Below are positions 1 to 8,032 of a stretch of 33,580 nt of DNA, in pieces. Each line of letters begins with the position of its first letter. The first letter of the stretch is position 1. Both the position numbers and the translations under genes were made by a program. Origin of the DNA: a virus; IMG/VR virus record IMGVR_UViG_2529293244_000002. One strand, given 5' to 3'. The notes below the pieces were generated by a model. It worked only from the letters and a program-made list of their open reading frames with translations, searched no databases and was not told where the DNA came from.

Positions 1-1005
1 ATGATCCACGACCCCCGAGTACTCGATGACGAGGTCGTCCCCGACCACGAGCTCATCCTCCACCGCCGCGACGAGATGGATGCCCTCCTCTCGGCGCTCC
101 GACCGAGGATGAACGCTCGTGACCACGTCTACGCCTTCGGGCCTACTGGCACAGGGAAATCGACGCTGGCGAAACTAGCCCTGACGCTCCTCGAGGACGA
201 CGGCGAGGAGTTCGACTCAACAGTCGTCAACTGCTGGAAGCACCCGACTCGCAGCGACGTCCTCCGAGTCATTGCAGAGGACCTCGTGGGAATCCCGGTC
301 AATCGCCACTCGACGCCAACGGCGGAGCTCACGTCGCGGCTTACCGACGACCCCGACCGCCCGCGTATCGTCGTCCTGGACGAGGCCGACCAACTCGCCG
401 ATACGGACGTCCTCTACGACCTCCATCAAGCGCCAGCACTGTCGGTCCTCTATCTCGGAAACGACGAAGACGATCTCTTCGCCGGGATGGCCGACCGGGT
501 TCGAAGCCGAGTGAGCACGGGTCGGCGTATCGACTTCGACTGCTACTCAACGCAGGAACTCGCCGAGATTCTTCAAGCACGAGCAGACCACGCCTTCCGA
601 CCGGGTGCAGTCTCGACGCGACAACTCGAGGCGATTGCGAGTGCAGCCGATGGAGACGCCCGGACGGCGATTCGGTCGCTTCGGCTCGCTTCGGAAGCGG
701 CGACTGAGAACGGCTACCTTCGAATTTCGGATGCGAACGTTGAGGAGGCGATTCCCGACGCTAGAGAGGAGTTGCGGCAAAAGAGTCTCTCACAGTTGAC
801 GGCCGAACAGCGACTCGTCTACGATATCGTCCGTGACTATGGGCCAATTTCGCCTGCCGATCTGTACGAGCGGTACGAGGACCGCGTTGAGGATTCGAAG
901 ACGAAGCGGACTGTACGGTCGTACCTCTCGAAGATGCGCCACTACAACCTCGTCGAACATCACGGGTCGCGGAACGACCGGTCATACACGTCTATCAGTA
1001 GATAG
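1..1005 (+). CDS. cdc6: Orc1/Cdc6-family AAA+ replication initiator (short type)
   Basis: N-terminal DPRVLDDEVVP..HRRDE, Walker A GPTGTGKS, Walker B IVVLDEAD, RVRSRV arginine-finger region, GDARTAI sensor 2, C-terminal winged helix (RTVRSYLSKMRHYNLV). Confidence 0.92.
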   Translation: MIHDPRVLDDEVVPDHELILHRRDEMDALLSALRPRMNARDHVYAFGPTGTGKSTLAKLALTLLEDDGEEFDSTVVNCWKHPTRSDVLRVIAEDLVGIPVNRHSTPTAELTSRLTDDPDRPRIVVLDEADQLADTDVLYDLHQAPALSVLYLGNDEDDLFAGMADRVRSRVSTGRRIDFDCYSTQELAEILQARADHAFRPGAVSTRQLEAIASAADGDARTAIRSLRLASEAATENGYLRISDANVEEAIPDAREELRQKSLSQLTAEQRLVYDIVRDYGPISPADLYERYEDRVEDSKTKRTVRSYLSKMRHYNLVEHHGSRNDRSYTSISR

Positions 1006-1191
1006 TACTCCGAGTTCTTTATTCAAGGGTAGTGTGGATGATTACCACGAACAGAGAACTCACGTTTCGAAGCAGTTGGTGATCTACTCGTTTTCTGCAA
1101 AGACCGACTGTGGATAGAGAGAGTGGATGCAACAGAGCAATTCATCAAGGTGAAGTAGACCCCCGCACGCCGCATAAGAACGCACGAAGTA

Positions 1192-1722
1192 TCAGGTATC
1201 ACTGTAAGCTGCTTCGAGCTCTGTTTCCAGATTGATAAGAAGCACCCCAGCAGCGAATATGAAAACAAATACGAGCAGAGGACGGGCAAATTCACTATTT
1301 TCAAGATATCGCTCATAAACAACAGTATAGGGGATTGCGATAACTCCCGACCCGAGATGCCAATGAATTGATGTCGGTGATGTCCCCGTTGCTAGGATAT
1401 CGTCGTACTCTTTGACTTCGAGTAGGGGCAATGCAACCCAAACTACAAACAAAATCATCGATGAAAGAAGTGCCAACCCGAGTGTATCACCAGAGAGTAG
1501 CAGGACTCCGAAGAGGATGAGTGTTGTATTCATTCCATGAATGAAATTGAACCGACCGAAACGAGGTATTATTTCCATGCCACCATCTAAAAATGAAAAC
1601 AGAATTGGTGGATAATCACTGAGAACAGCTTTCTTTAGGTCGACATCACGAGCGACGCCACTCAACTCGACAATTACGAGTACAATAAGCGGGAGAACGA
1701 GTGAACCACTGTCTACGGCCAT
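1192..1722 (-). CDS. AT-rich multi-pass membrane protein, unknown function
   Basis: 176-aa ORF with several hydrophobic segments; visibly lower GC than neighbours. Confidence 0.65.
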   Translation of the reverse strand: MAVDSGSLVLPLIVLVIVELSGVARDVDLKKAVLSDYPPILFSFLDGGMEIIPRFGRFNFIHGMNTTLILFGVLLLSGDTLGLALLSSMILFVVWVALPLLEVKEYDDILATGTSPTSIHWHLGSGVIAIPYTVVYERYLENSEFARPLLVFVFIFAAGVLLINLETELEAAYSDT

Positions 1723-1940
1723 TGTAGGAAATGATTGTAAGATATGAATGTAATGTTTACTTACAATACCGGTTGTTGAGTACTTCCGTAGTTATCTCTG
1801 CACTTATAAGATGGATACGTGTATTATGTACAGCTCGGCTCTGAGGATGCACTCAACATCTGATATAAACCCGAGAAGCCAATGAACTCACCTGTTTGTC
1901 AAATCTATTGACTCATTTTCAGCACAGATCAAATGAAGAA

Positions 1941-2146
1941 ATCGGATTGCCAACTACTGCTATCGGAAACTGAAATCCCCTATCGGAAATTCTGTCCTTC
2001 CTGAGGTGTAGAGTATTGCGAGCGGATTGAAATCAGCAAATCACGATTCCTATCGGAAGCATCGGAAACGCCTCCATTTGTCTTATCGGGACTGTCACTG
2101 ATGATAGTCGTGTGCAGTCTCCGATACCCCAACCAAACTCCGATAA
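1941..2146. repeat. Cluster of short (T)ATCGG(A) repeats, iteron/operator-like
   Basis: Direct copies at 1941, 1960 (CTATCGGAAA), 1980 (CTATCGGAAA), 2050, 2060, 2083; inverted copies TCCGATA at 2120 and 2139. Confidence 0.7.
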
Positions 2147-2221
2147 GCAGCCGTCCGCGTGGCTCACTAGAGCACCGGAACACGCCGGTCTGCACACTTC
2201 CGAGGTGTATTTAAAATGTCG

Positions 2222-2521
2222 TTAGTCGTTGGACTCATCGACCGGCTCAAGTGTCGAAGCGTCGAGGTCCTCGTCGAGGTAGGCCCGGCCGTTGTCGGTA
2301 ATGCCGTAGAGACCGCGGTAAACCTGGTTGAGGAGCCCGTATTCGGCAAGCTTCGACATACGCCCACTTGCGTGCTGGCGAGAGGGTCCACCGAAATGGC
2401 TGACGGCAGAGGGTGTAAGATTCCCGTACTCGCGGATGAGTTCAAGAATCCGATCGTCGGACGGGACCATCCACCCTGCGGACTTGCGCATCTCTGTCGA
2501 AATTGTATCAAGGATGCTCAT
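2222..2521 (-). CDS. PhiH1-repressor-like winged-helix regulator (probable start at 2491, MRKSAGWM)
   Basis: MRKSAGWMVPSDDRILELIRE...ASGRMSKLAEYGLL...GLYGITDNGRAYL pattern typical of haloarchaeal viral repressors; divergent from the early operon. Confidence 0.8.
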   Translation of the reverse strand: MSILDTISTEMRKSAGWMVPSDDRILELIREYGNLTPSAVSHFGGPSRQHASGRMSKLAEYGLLNQVYRGLYGITDNGRAYLDEDLDASTLEPVDESND

Positions 2522-2574
2522 AGGCTCTCCGGTGTCAAATCATTGTTGACGTGTCTACTTGAAGATAAACTCTC

Positions 2575-2594
2575 TGTTAATCTTTAGATTAACA
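2575..2594. promoter_or_regulatory. Palindromic operator between the divergent repressor and PadR genes
   Basis: TGTTAATCT-tt-AGATTAACA, a perfect 9-bp inverted repeat; related half-site AGATAAAC at 2563. Confidence 0.65.
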
Positions 2595-2746
2595 ATCGTC
2601 AGCAAAATACTTATGCAGACAATCTGAAGGGCTAACTGGAAGCCGTGTACGCACCGCCTGCAAAAGGTGTAATGGGTGCACCAACACCCATCACGTGGCT
2701 TCCGATCTCACCGCTCCGCTGGCGATTCCAGCGAGCTACGAAAGCC

Positions 2747-3181
2747 ATGTCTAAAGACAAGGACTCACCGGATAAACCAACCGGCACGAACCGTAGTACC
2801 GCACAAAACGTATACACCACAGACCTCACCGCGTTCCAGTGGGACATCCTCGTCACGCTCTCCCGCGAGCCGATGTACGGGCTGGCAATCAAGCGCCACC
2901 TCGAAGCCTACTACAACAGCGATGTCAACCACGGCCGATTATACCCGAACCTCGACACGCTCGTTGAACGGAACCTCATCACGAAGAGCGAACTCGACAA
3001 GCGGACGAACCAGTACGAACTGACCACCACTGGCGTTGCCACAGTCCGCGACCGCTTCGACTGGATGCTCTCGAAGTTCGTCACCGACGACGAGCGCGCA
3101 GAGAAAATCACCGACCTCGTCGAACAGAACAACGCCGTCCGCACTCCCGCGACCGACGGAGACAACGATGAAGTACGTTGA
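2747..3181 (+). CDS. PadR-family winged-helix transcription regulator
   Basis: DLTAFQWDIL...MYGLAIKRHLEAYY...VNHGRLYPNLDTLVERNLITKSELDKRTNQYELT signature; ATG at 2747 preferred over GTG at 2645. Confidence 0.85.
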   Translation: MSKDKDSPDKPTGTNRSTAQNVYTTDLTAFQWDILVTLSREPMYGLAIKRHLEAYYNSDVNHGRLYPNLDTLVERNLITKSELDKRTNQYELTTTGVATVRDRFDWMLSKFVTDDERAEKITDLVEQNNAVRTPATDGDNDEVR

Positions 3182-3377
3182 ACTTCGAACCGGGTCGAGC
3201 GCCGAATCGGCCCGGACCGGCGACAGCCTGCGCGATGGCCTGCTCACCAAGAGCGGGCTCGGCCTCCGCGCGGGTGCCGCCGGTCATACACGTAAAAGTC
3301 CGAGAACGATTGACAAATTTTCCCCGTCCAATGTCCCGAATTCAACGACTTCAGCGACTGGTGAGGTGATAGCATGA
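3168..3377 (+). CDS. Small hypothetical protein (69 aa)
   Basis: ATG 3168 after GGAG; overlaps the PadR end; stop overlaps the MTase start (ATGA). No recognisable motif. Confidence 0.35.
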   Translation: MKYVELRTGSSAESARTGDSLRDGLLTKSGLGLRAGAAGHTRKSPRTIDKFSPSNVPNSTTSATGEVIA

Positions 3378-4003
3378 GAATCGAAACCGACGCGGTGCCG
3401 TCTGGACTTCGTCACGGGCAACAGGTTCCATTCGCACTCCACAAGATAGGAAGACGGCACCCCGATGGTACTCCGATCTCTCTCGGTCCTTGGACCTTCG
3501 AGTGTCCACAGGTCCGTGAGGTCGTCGAGTCCTACCTCGAAGGAAACGTCCTCAACGCCTGTGCCGGCAAAACGAAGCTTCGGTACAGTGGGGAGGTCCA
3601 CCGAAACGACATCGACGAAAGCCGTGACGCGGATACGCATCACGACGTCACAGAACTGGATGAGCACCTGACAACAGGGTACTTCGACGTCGTGGTTTTC
3701 GACCCGCCGTTCGATGCCGACCAGGCAGACGAACACTACGACGGAAATACGGTCGGTAGAGGCCCATCTGGTGGCATCTGGAAAGCGCGCGACGCGCTTG
3801 CTCAGTTAACTGCGCCGGGTGGTCGGGTCCTCTCTGTCGGTTGGAATAGCGTCGGTCTCCAGCATCTGGATGCATTCGAGCGTGAGGCCGTCCATCTGTT
3901 CCAGCGCGTTCAGAAACCGGACGTCATCCTCACGGTTGACCGTCGCGTCCAGATGACGATCCGCGTGAAGGGTCGTTCTCAGCCTGGAGGTGATGGGAGA
4001 TGA
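3374..4003 (+). CDS. Small adenine-specific DNA methyltransferase-like protein (phage type)
   Basis: SAM-binding-like VLNACAG, catalytic-like VVVFDPPF, plus WTF, PGGRVLSVGWNSVG and DVILTVDRR segments; SD GAGGTGA. Confidence 0.75.
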   Translation: MRIETDAVPSGLRHGQQVPFALHKIGRRHPDGTPISLGPWTFECPQVREVVESYLEGNVLNACAGKTKLRYSGEVHRNDIDESRDADTHHDVTELDEHLTTGYFDVVVFDPPFDADQADEHYDGNTVGRGPSGGIWKARDALAQLTAPGGRVLSVGWNSVGLQHLDAFEREAVHLFQRVQKPDVILTVDRRVQMTIRVKGRSQPGGDGR

Positions 4004-4791
4004 ATTCGGATGACGATGTTCGTCAAGAAACCGGTTCAACGCACGGGATGAGTGACCACACACTCGACGACGTCCTCGGCACGACCGTCAAGTCCGGGAC
4101 GGACGCGTGGTACGAAGTCACCACGACCTCCCGCGAGGACACGGTCGAACTGATCGCCGTCGATGCCACAAACACCGACCGCTCAATCGAGACCGAGCGC
4201 CTCCTCGAACACCTCAACAACGGCGACTGGGAACCCGTGTACGAGGGGACGACCCAAGAACTCGTCACCGACGGCGGGCGGGTTCTGCCCCAGCAATACA
4301 TCACAGACGCGGCCGAGGAGTTCCAAGACTACGACCTCGGTGGCATGACTATGAGCGGCCGGTGTGGATTTCACACGTTCTACGCGTGGGCCGACGAAGA
4401 CTACGACGGCTGTGCGAACGCGTGGGAGACGGCGTTGTACATCACGCTCGCAGACCTCCTACAGGAGTTATGGGTTGATGACGACATCGTCCGCGATGCA
4501 CGTGGAACTGCGGACCCAGAAGCGTACGCGAATGTTATCACCGACCAGATGGAAAACCACACGGGTCTCGACATGGACCACTGGACGCGAGACTACTTCA
4601 TCGATGAACTTGCGGACACTCTCGAACACCTCACGAGTATCGACCGTGGCGATGGCATCGAGACCGACGGTGGCTACACCGTCGAGAGCGACACCCCCCT
4701 GAGTGGGCAAGTCCTGTGCCCGAACGGCCACATCTGCTCGGGGGCAGATAACTTCTGTCGAGAGTGCGGGAAGGCGGTGAGTGACGAATGA
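4000..4791 (+). CDS. Acidic hypothetical protein with two internal TDGG linkers and a C-terminal Zn ribbon
   Basis: CPNGH...NFCRECG at the C-terminus; ATGA coupling and SD GGAGGTGA. Confidence 0.75.
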   Translation: MNSDDDVRQETGSTHGMSDHTLDDVLGTTVKSGTDAWYEVTTTSREDTVELIAVDATNTDRSIETERLLEHLNNGDWEPVYEGTTQELVTDGGRVLPQQYITDAAEEFQDYDLGGMTMSGRCGFHTFYAWADEDYDGCANAWETALYITLADLLQELWVDDDIVRDARGTADPEAYANVITDQMENHTGLDMDHWTRDYFIDELADTLEHLTSIDRGDGIETDGGYTVESDTPLSGQVLCPNGHICSGADNFCRECGKAVSDE

Positions 4792-5486
4792 TTCGCGCTA
4801 TTCTCGGTCTTCTCGAGAACGAGGCGTCGAACACCGACATTCCCCGGCGACTTGGTGAGGGGTACCCAGCGTTTGCGACAGCGTCAACGAAATATCTCGA
4901 CGGCAAGGAGATCTACCACGGAAGAGCTGCCGACCGTGTTGAGACAACGGCACAAGAAGTTCACGTCGAGGATAACGGAATTCACACCGAACGCGTCGAG
5001 AGCCGCAAGGTCTCGGTCACCGACTTCGTTGCCGACCTCGACGCTGGTTTCGTCGGCGTCGATTCATCGGATGGTGAGTGGCTCTTCGAGCGCCTGATCA
5101 GCGTTGCGGGGGCGGGGATCGCCCGGGCGCATATCGATGTGACAGCGTTCGCGAAGCACGTTGATGACCAGGACGGCCGCTGCTGGCAGGTCAGCTACAA
5201 GCACGCGCTTGATGACGACGAAGACGACGACGGGCAAGCGAAGTCCGGGACGATATTCCACCGGGACGCCCACTTCGGTGCCGGGTCAGGGACGTACAAC
5301 CAGTACGGGTTTAGCTACCTCTGGGACGGCGACCTCATCTGTGGCACGATCTCTGCATCGGGCTATGTCGCCGTCTTCTCCACTGACCGCCCGGAAGTGT
5401 TCGGCCGGTGGCTCCTCGACGAAGTCCTCCCGTTCGCGTCGCTCATGGAAGACGACGTCCAGACGATGCTGTCGGAGGTGCGCTGA
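4788..5486 (+). CDS. Hypothetical early protein
   Basis: 232-aa acidic ORF coupled to the previous gene; no function recognised. Confidence 0.75.
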   Translation: MIRAILGLLENEASNTDIPRRLGEGYPAFATASTKYLDGKEIYHGRAADRVETTAQEVHVEDNGIHTERVESRKVSVTDFVADLDAGFVGVDSSDGEWLFERLISVAGAGIARAHIDVTAFAKHVDDQDGRCWQVSYKHALDDDEDDDGQAKSGTIFHRDAHFGAGSGTYNQYGFSYLWDGDLICGTISASGYVAVFSTDRPEVFGRWLLDEVLPFASLMEDDVQTMLSEVR

Positions 5487-5642
5487 TGTCGGTCGAGCAC
5501 GTCACTCTCGGAGTGCGCCCTCGACGAGCGACAGGCTCACGCAAACACACCTCGACTGTTTGCGGTGTCCCGTGTGCTTCCGATCACCACGTACCTGGGG
5601 GTAACCTGGTGACGGGACCGAACACGAACGACACCAGCCGCG

Positions 5643-5868
5643 GTCCCGCGAGAAAATTTTTTTCTTTGCGGGACGCCCCGAGAGTGTCCGGCGGCGTGGC
5701 GGCCGAGACGCCGAACGGACTCGTTACCACCCTGAAACAGCCGAATCACCAACCAACCACGAGGGGGTCGGTTCCGATGGAACCACCGACCCCCTTCCCT
5801 GCCTCACACCAGACTGGTGTGAGTGGTGGGTGTGGAGACCACCGGTTCACACCAGACTGGTGGAACCG
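5643..5868. repeat. Cluster of four inverted repeats including two copies of a palindromic 15-mer
   Basis: IRs at 5643-5674, 5762-5795, 5803-5823 (CTCACACCAG-A-CTGGTGTGAG, perfect) and 5843-5868; CACACCAGACTGGTG at 5805 and 5848. Confidence 0.8.
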
Positions 5869-5888
5869 TGTTCGTGGAGGTGAGACCA

Positions 5889-7037
5889 ATGCGTGACCGC
5901 ATCCGTCTCGACTGGCGAGTCCCCAAAGCCGAGTGGGAACGCTTCGTCGAACACGTCGAAACCGAGTTCGGCAGTATCGAGGGCTATCTCGGACGAGAAG
6001 CGGAGGCCGCGATGCGAGAATACGCGGACACCGACGGCTACGCTGGTGTCGAAAAGCGAGTAGACCGACTCGTGAAGGCATCGGGTCGCTCGTCCGAGGG
6101 CGACGGCAAAGAAAAAAATTCTCAGTTCAACGGCGTGCCGACGACCCGAGTCACAGTCCGGGTAGACCCCGAAGTGAAAGACGACTTTCGAGCAGCGGCG
6201 AAGCAAAGCGACCAGTCGTACGGAGTCACATTCGCACGCGCGATCCAGACATACCGAGATGGCGGTCGTGCCGCACGGCTAGAGCGCCGTCTCGACCGCG
6301 TTCTCGAAGACGCCGAGAAGATGCTCGAGCACGTTTCCGAGGACAGCGAGGACGACGGCGTCTCGATGGGGAAACACGAGCGCTGTGTCATCGCAATCTG
6401 CAACGAACTCCCAGAGGACTCATTCGTCGATGACGAACTCGAACGTGCCATCCGCGACATCGCAAACGTCCACTCGAAGCCGTCGATTCGAGAGTATCGG
6501 CAGGACGTCATCGAACGGCTGGAAGTCGAGCCGCACCCGGAGGTACCACACCTGTGGGTCCCCCACGAGAAAGCAGCGAAGTGGCGTCCAGGCGTGCCCA
6601 AAGAGTGCCGCCAGCCACCCGAGCACCTCGACAGCGACCAGCGCGTGAAGCGCATTCAACTCGCAGTCGGCCGACGTGCCGGAGTGACTGACACCGGAAA
6701 GGTACGCGTGACAGCGACCGAACTCCGCGAACACGTCTTCGAGGGAGCGACCTCGACAAAGACCACGCGAGAACTCATGCGCTCGGCCGCCCAGGTTGTC
6801 GGCATCGACCTCGATACGTCAACGTCCCCAGCTGCGCTGCAAGTGAACCTCCGTGTACTGGGCGAAACGAATCCCGATCTCTTCGAGGAGATCATCGACT
6901 ACCGCGACAACACCGACAGCGGCCTCCTGACATCGTCGGTGCCGACGACGATGACCGACTTCATGAACGCACCCAGTGACGCCAACTCCGGCGGTCACGC
7001 CGTCGCCTCGGACGGGGGTGCAGCCGGGCCATGGTAA
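5889..7037 (+). CDS. Putative DNA-binding protein with two ribbon-helix-helix-like modules
   Basis: RIRLDWRVPKAEWERF and TRVTVRVDPEVKDDFRAAAK resemble CopG/Arc beta-alpha starts; SD GGAGGTGA at 5876-5883. Confidence 0.65.
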   Translation: MRDRIRLDWRVPKAEWERFVEHVETEFGSIEGYLGREAEAAMREYADTDGYAGVEKRVDRLVKASGRSSEGDGKEKNSQFNGVPTTRVTVRVDPEVKDDFRAAAKQSDQSYGVTFARAIQTYRDGGRAARLERRLDRVLEDAEKMLEHVSEDSEDDGVSMGKHERCVIAICNELPEDSFVDDELERAIRDIANVHSKPSIREYRQDVIERLEVEPHPEVPHLWVPHEKAAKWRPGVPKECRQPPEHLDSDQRVKRIQLAVGRRAGVTDTGKVRVTATELREHVFEGATSTKTTRELMRSAAQVVGIDLDTSTSPAALQVNLRVLGETNPDLFEEIIDYRDNTDSGLLTSSVPTTMTDFMNAPSDANSGGHAVASDGGAAGPW

Positions 7038-7085
7038 CCACCACGGACGACACACGGCCCACCACCAACGAGGTCGTGTGACAGG

Positions 7086-7373
7086 ATGCCGACCGAATGG
7101 CAGTCAGCCCACCACGATGAGCGGCCGCGCTTCCCACGAATCGAAGCCGACGAAGGGGAAGACCCGGCGCGCTTCCTCGCCGAACCCCTGGAACCAGACA
7201 CCGGGACCGGAACATCCGGCCAACTCGCCCTCGCCCGCATCCGCGGCTTGGAGACGCTCGGCCTCGTCCGAGCCTACCGAGCGGTCGAACGAACACTCCA
7301 CGGGGGCGAACGCCAGGCGATCAAAGACGCACTCGACGAGCGCGAACAAGAGCTATCGAACGAGATTCAATGA
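7086..7373 (+). CDS. Hypothetical protein (95 aa)
   Basis: Acidic helical ORF with typical codon usage, in operon. Confidence 0.7.
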   Translation: MPTEWQSAHHDERPRFPRIEADEGEDPARFLAEPLEPDTGTGTSGQLALARIRGLETLGLVRAYRAVERTLHGGERQAIKDALDEREQELSNEIQ

Positions 7374-7377
7374 ACGC

Positions 7378-7866
7378 ATGCCAACCATTACAAGACAAGA
7401 ACGCACGGAACGCATTGCACGCGATGACGGCGATGAAGACGACACCGTCTGGATAGCCCAATCGTACCAACACCAGGGAGCGTACCACACCGACCGCGAC
7501 TGCAGTTGTCTCCAAGCAACAACACCCACAGACACAACCCGAGGTCGAGCACAACAGCGCCTCCGGTACCCCTGCGGACGCTGTGTCCTCGACGAGTCCG
7601 AAGAGGGCGCGAGCAACGTCTCGGTCCGCGCCCCCGACACACTGGGCATCCCCGAGGAACTCGACGACGCGGAAGCCGCAACGAAACTCGTCTACCTCGA
7701 ACTCGTGATCAACGGCCCGCTGTCAACGATTGAACTGATCGACCTTACCTCACTGTCACGGTCGTCTATCTCACGCGGTATCGACACACTCGACGAGCGA
7801 GGCCTCGTCGAAACGGAGTTCGACCCGCGGGACGCACGCCGCAAACGTCACTTCCCGACCACCTAA
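7378..7866 (+). CDS. Zn-binding N-domain plus MarR/TrmB-like HTH regulator
   Basis: YHTDRDC...CGRC followed by TKLVYLEL...LSTIELIDLTSLSRSSISRGIDTLDERGLVE...DPRDARRK. Confidence 0.75.
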   Translation: MPTITRQERTERIARDDGDEDDTVWIAQSYQHQGAYHTDRDCSCLQATTPTDTTRGRAQQRLRYPCGRCVLDESEEGASNVSVRAPDTLGIPEELDDAEAATKLVYLELVINGPLSTIELIDLTSLSRSSISRGIDTLDERGLVETEFDPRDARRKRHFPTT

Positions 7867-8032
7867 GCCGGCAACGCTGTGGAAATCCACAGAGTGTGAT
7901 TGATGTGGTGTGCTGCATAGAAAGACTATATCGGGCACTGTCCTCTGGGTCTTGCTACTACCTGGGAGTCGGGAGAACTAGAATACGAAAGCATTACCCG
8001 CGAGGGTAGCGGAATAGGCGACCTTTTCCTCC

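Noticed and set aside
1774-1857. TGTTGAGT/ACTCAACA inverted pair; similar GTTGAG words at 9139 and 24655
   Set aside because: Short motif with variable context; cannot be distinguished from chance without statistics.
5486-5896. ORF starting at a TGATG overlap with a good SD (MSVEHVTL...)
   Set aside because: The translation is low-complexity and runs through the palindrome cluster. The start may be a real short or degenerate gene, but the full ORF is not supported.
7877-7892. CTGTGGA-aa-TCCACAG as an ORB element
   Set aside because: Only a partial match to the ORB consensus, with no G-string and a single copy; more likely a terminator or chance hairpin.
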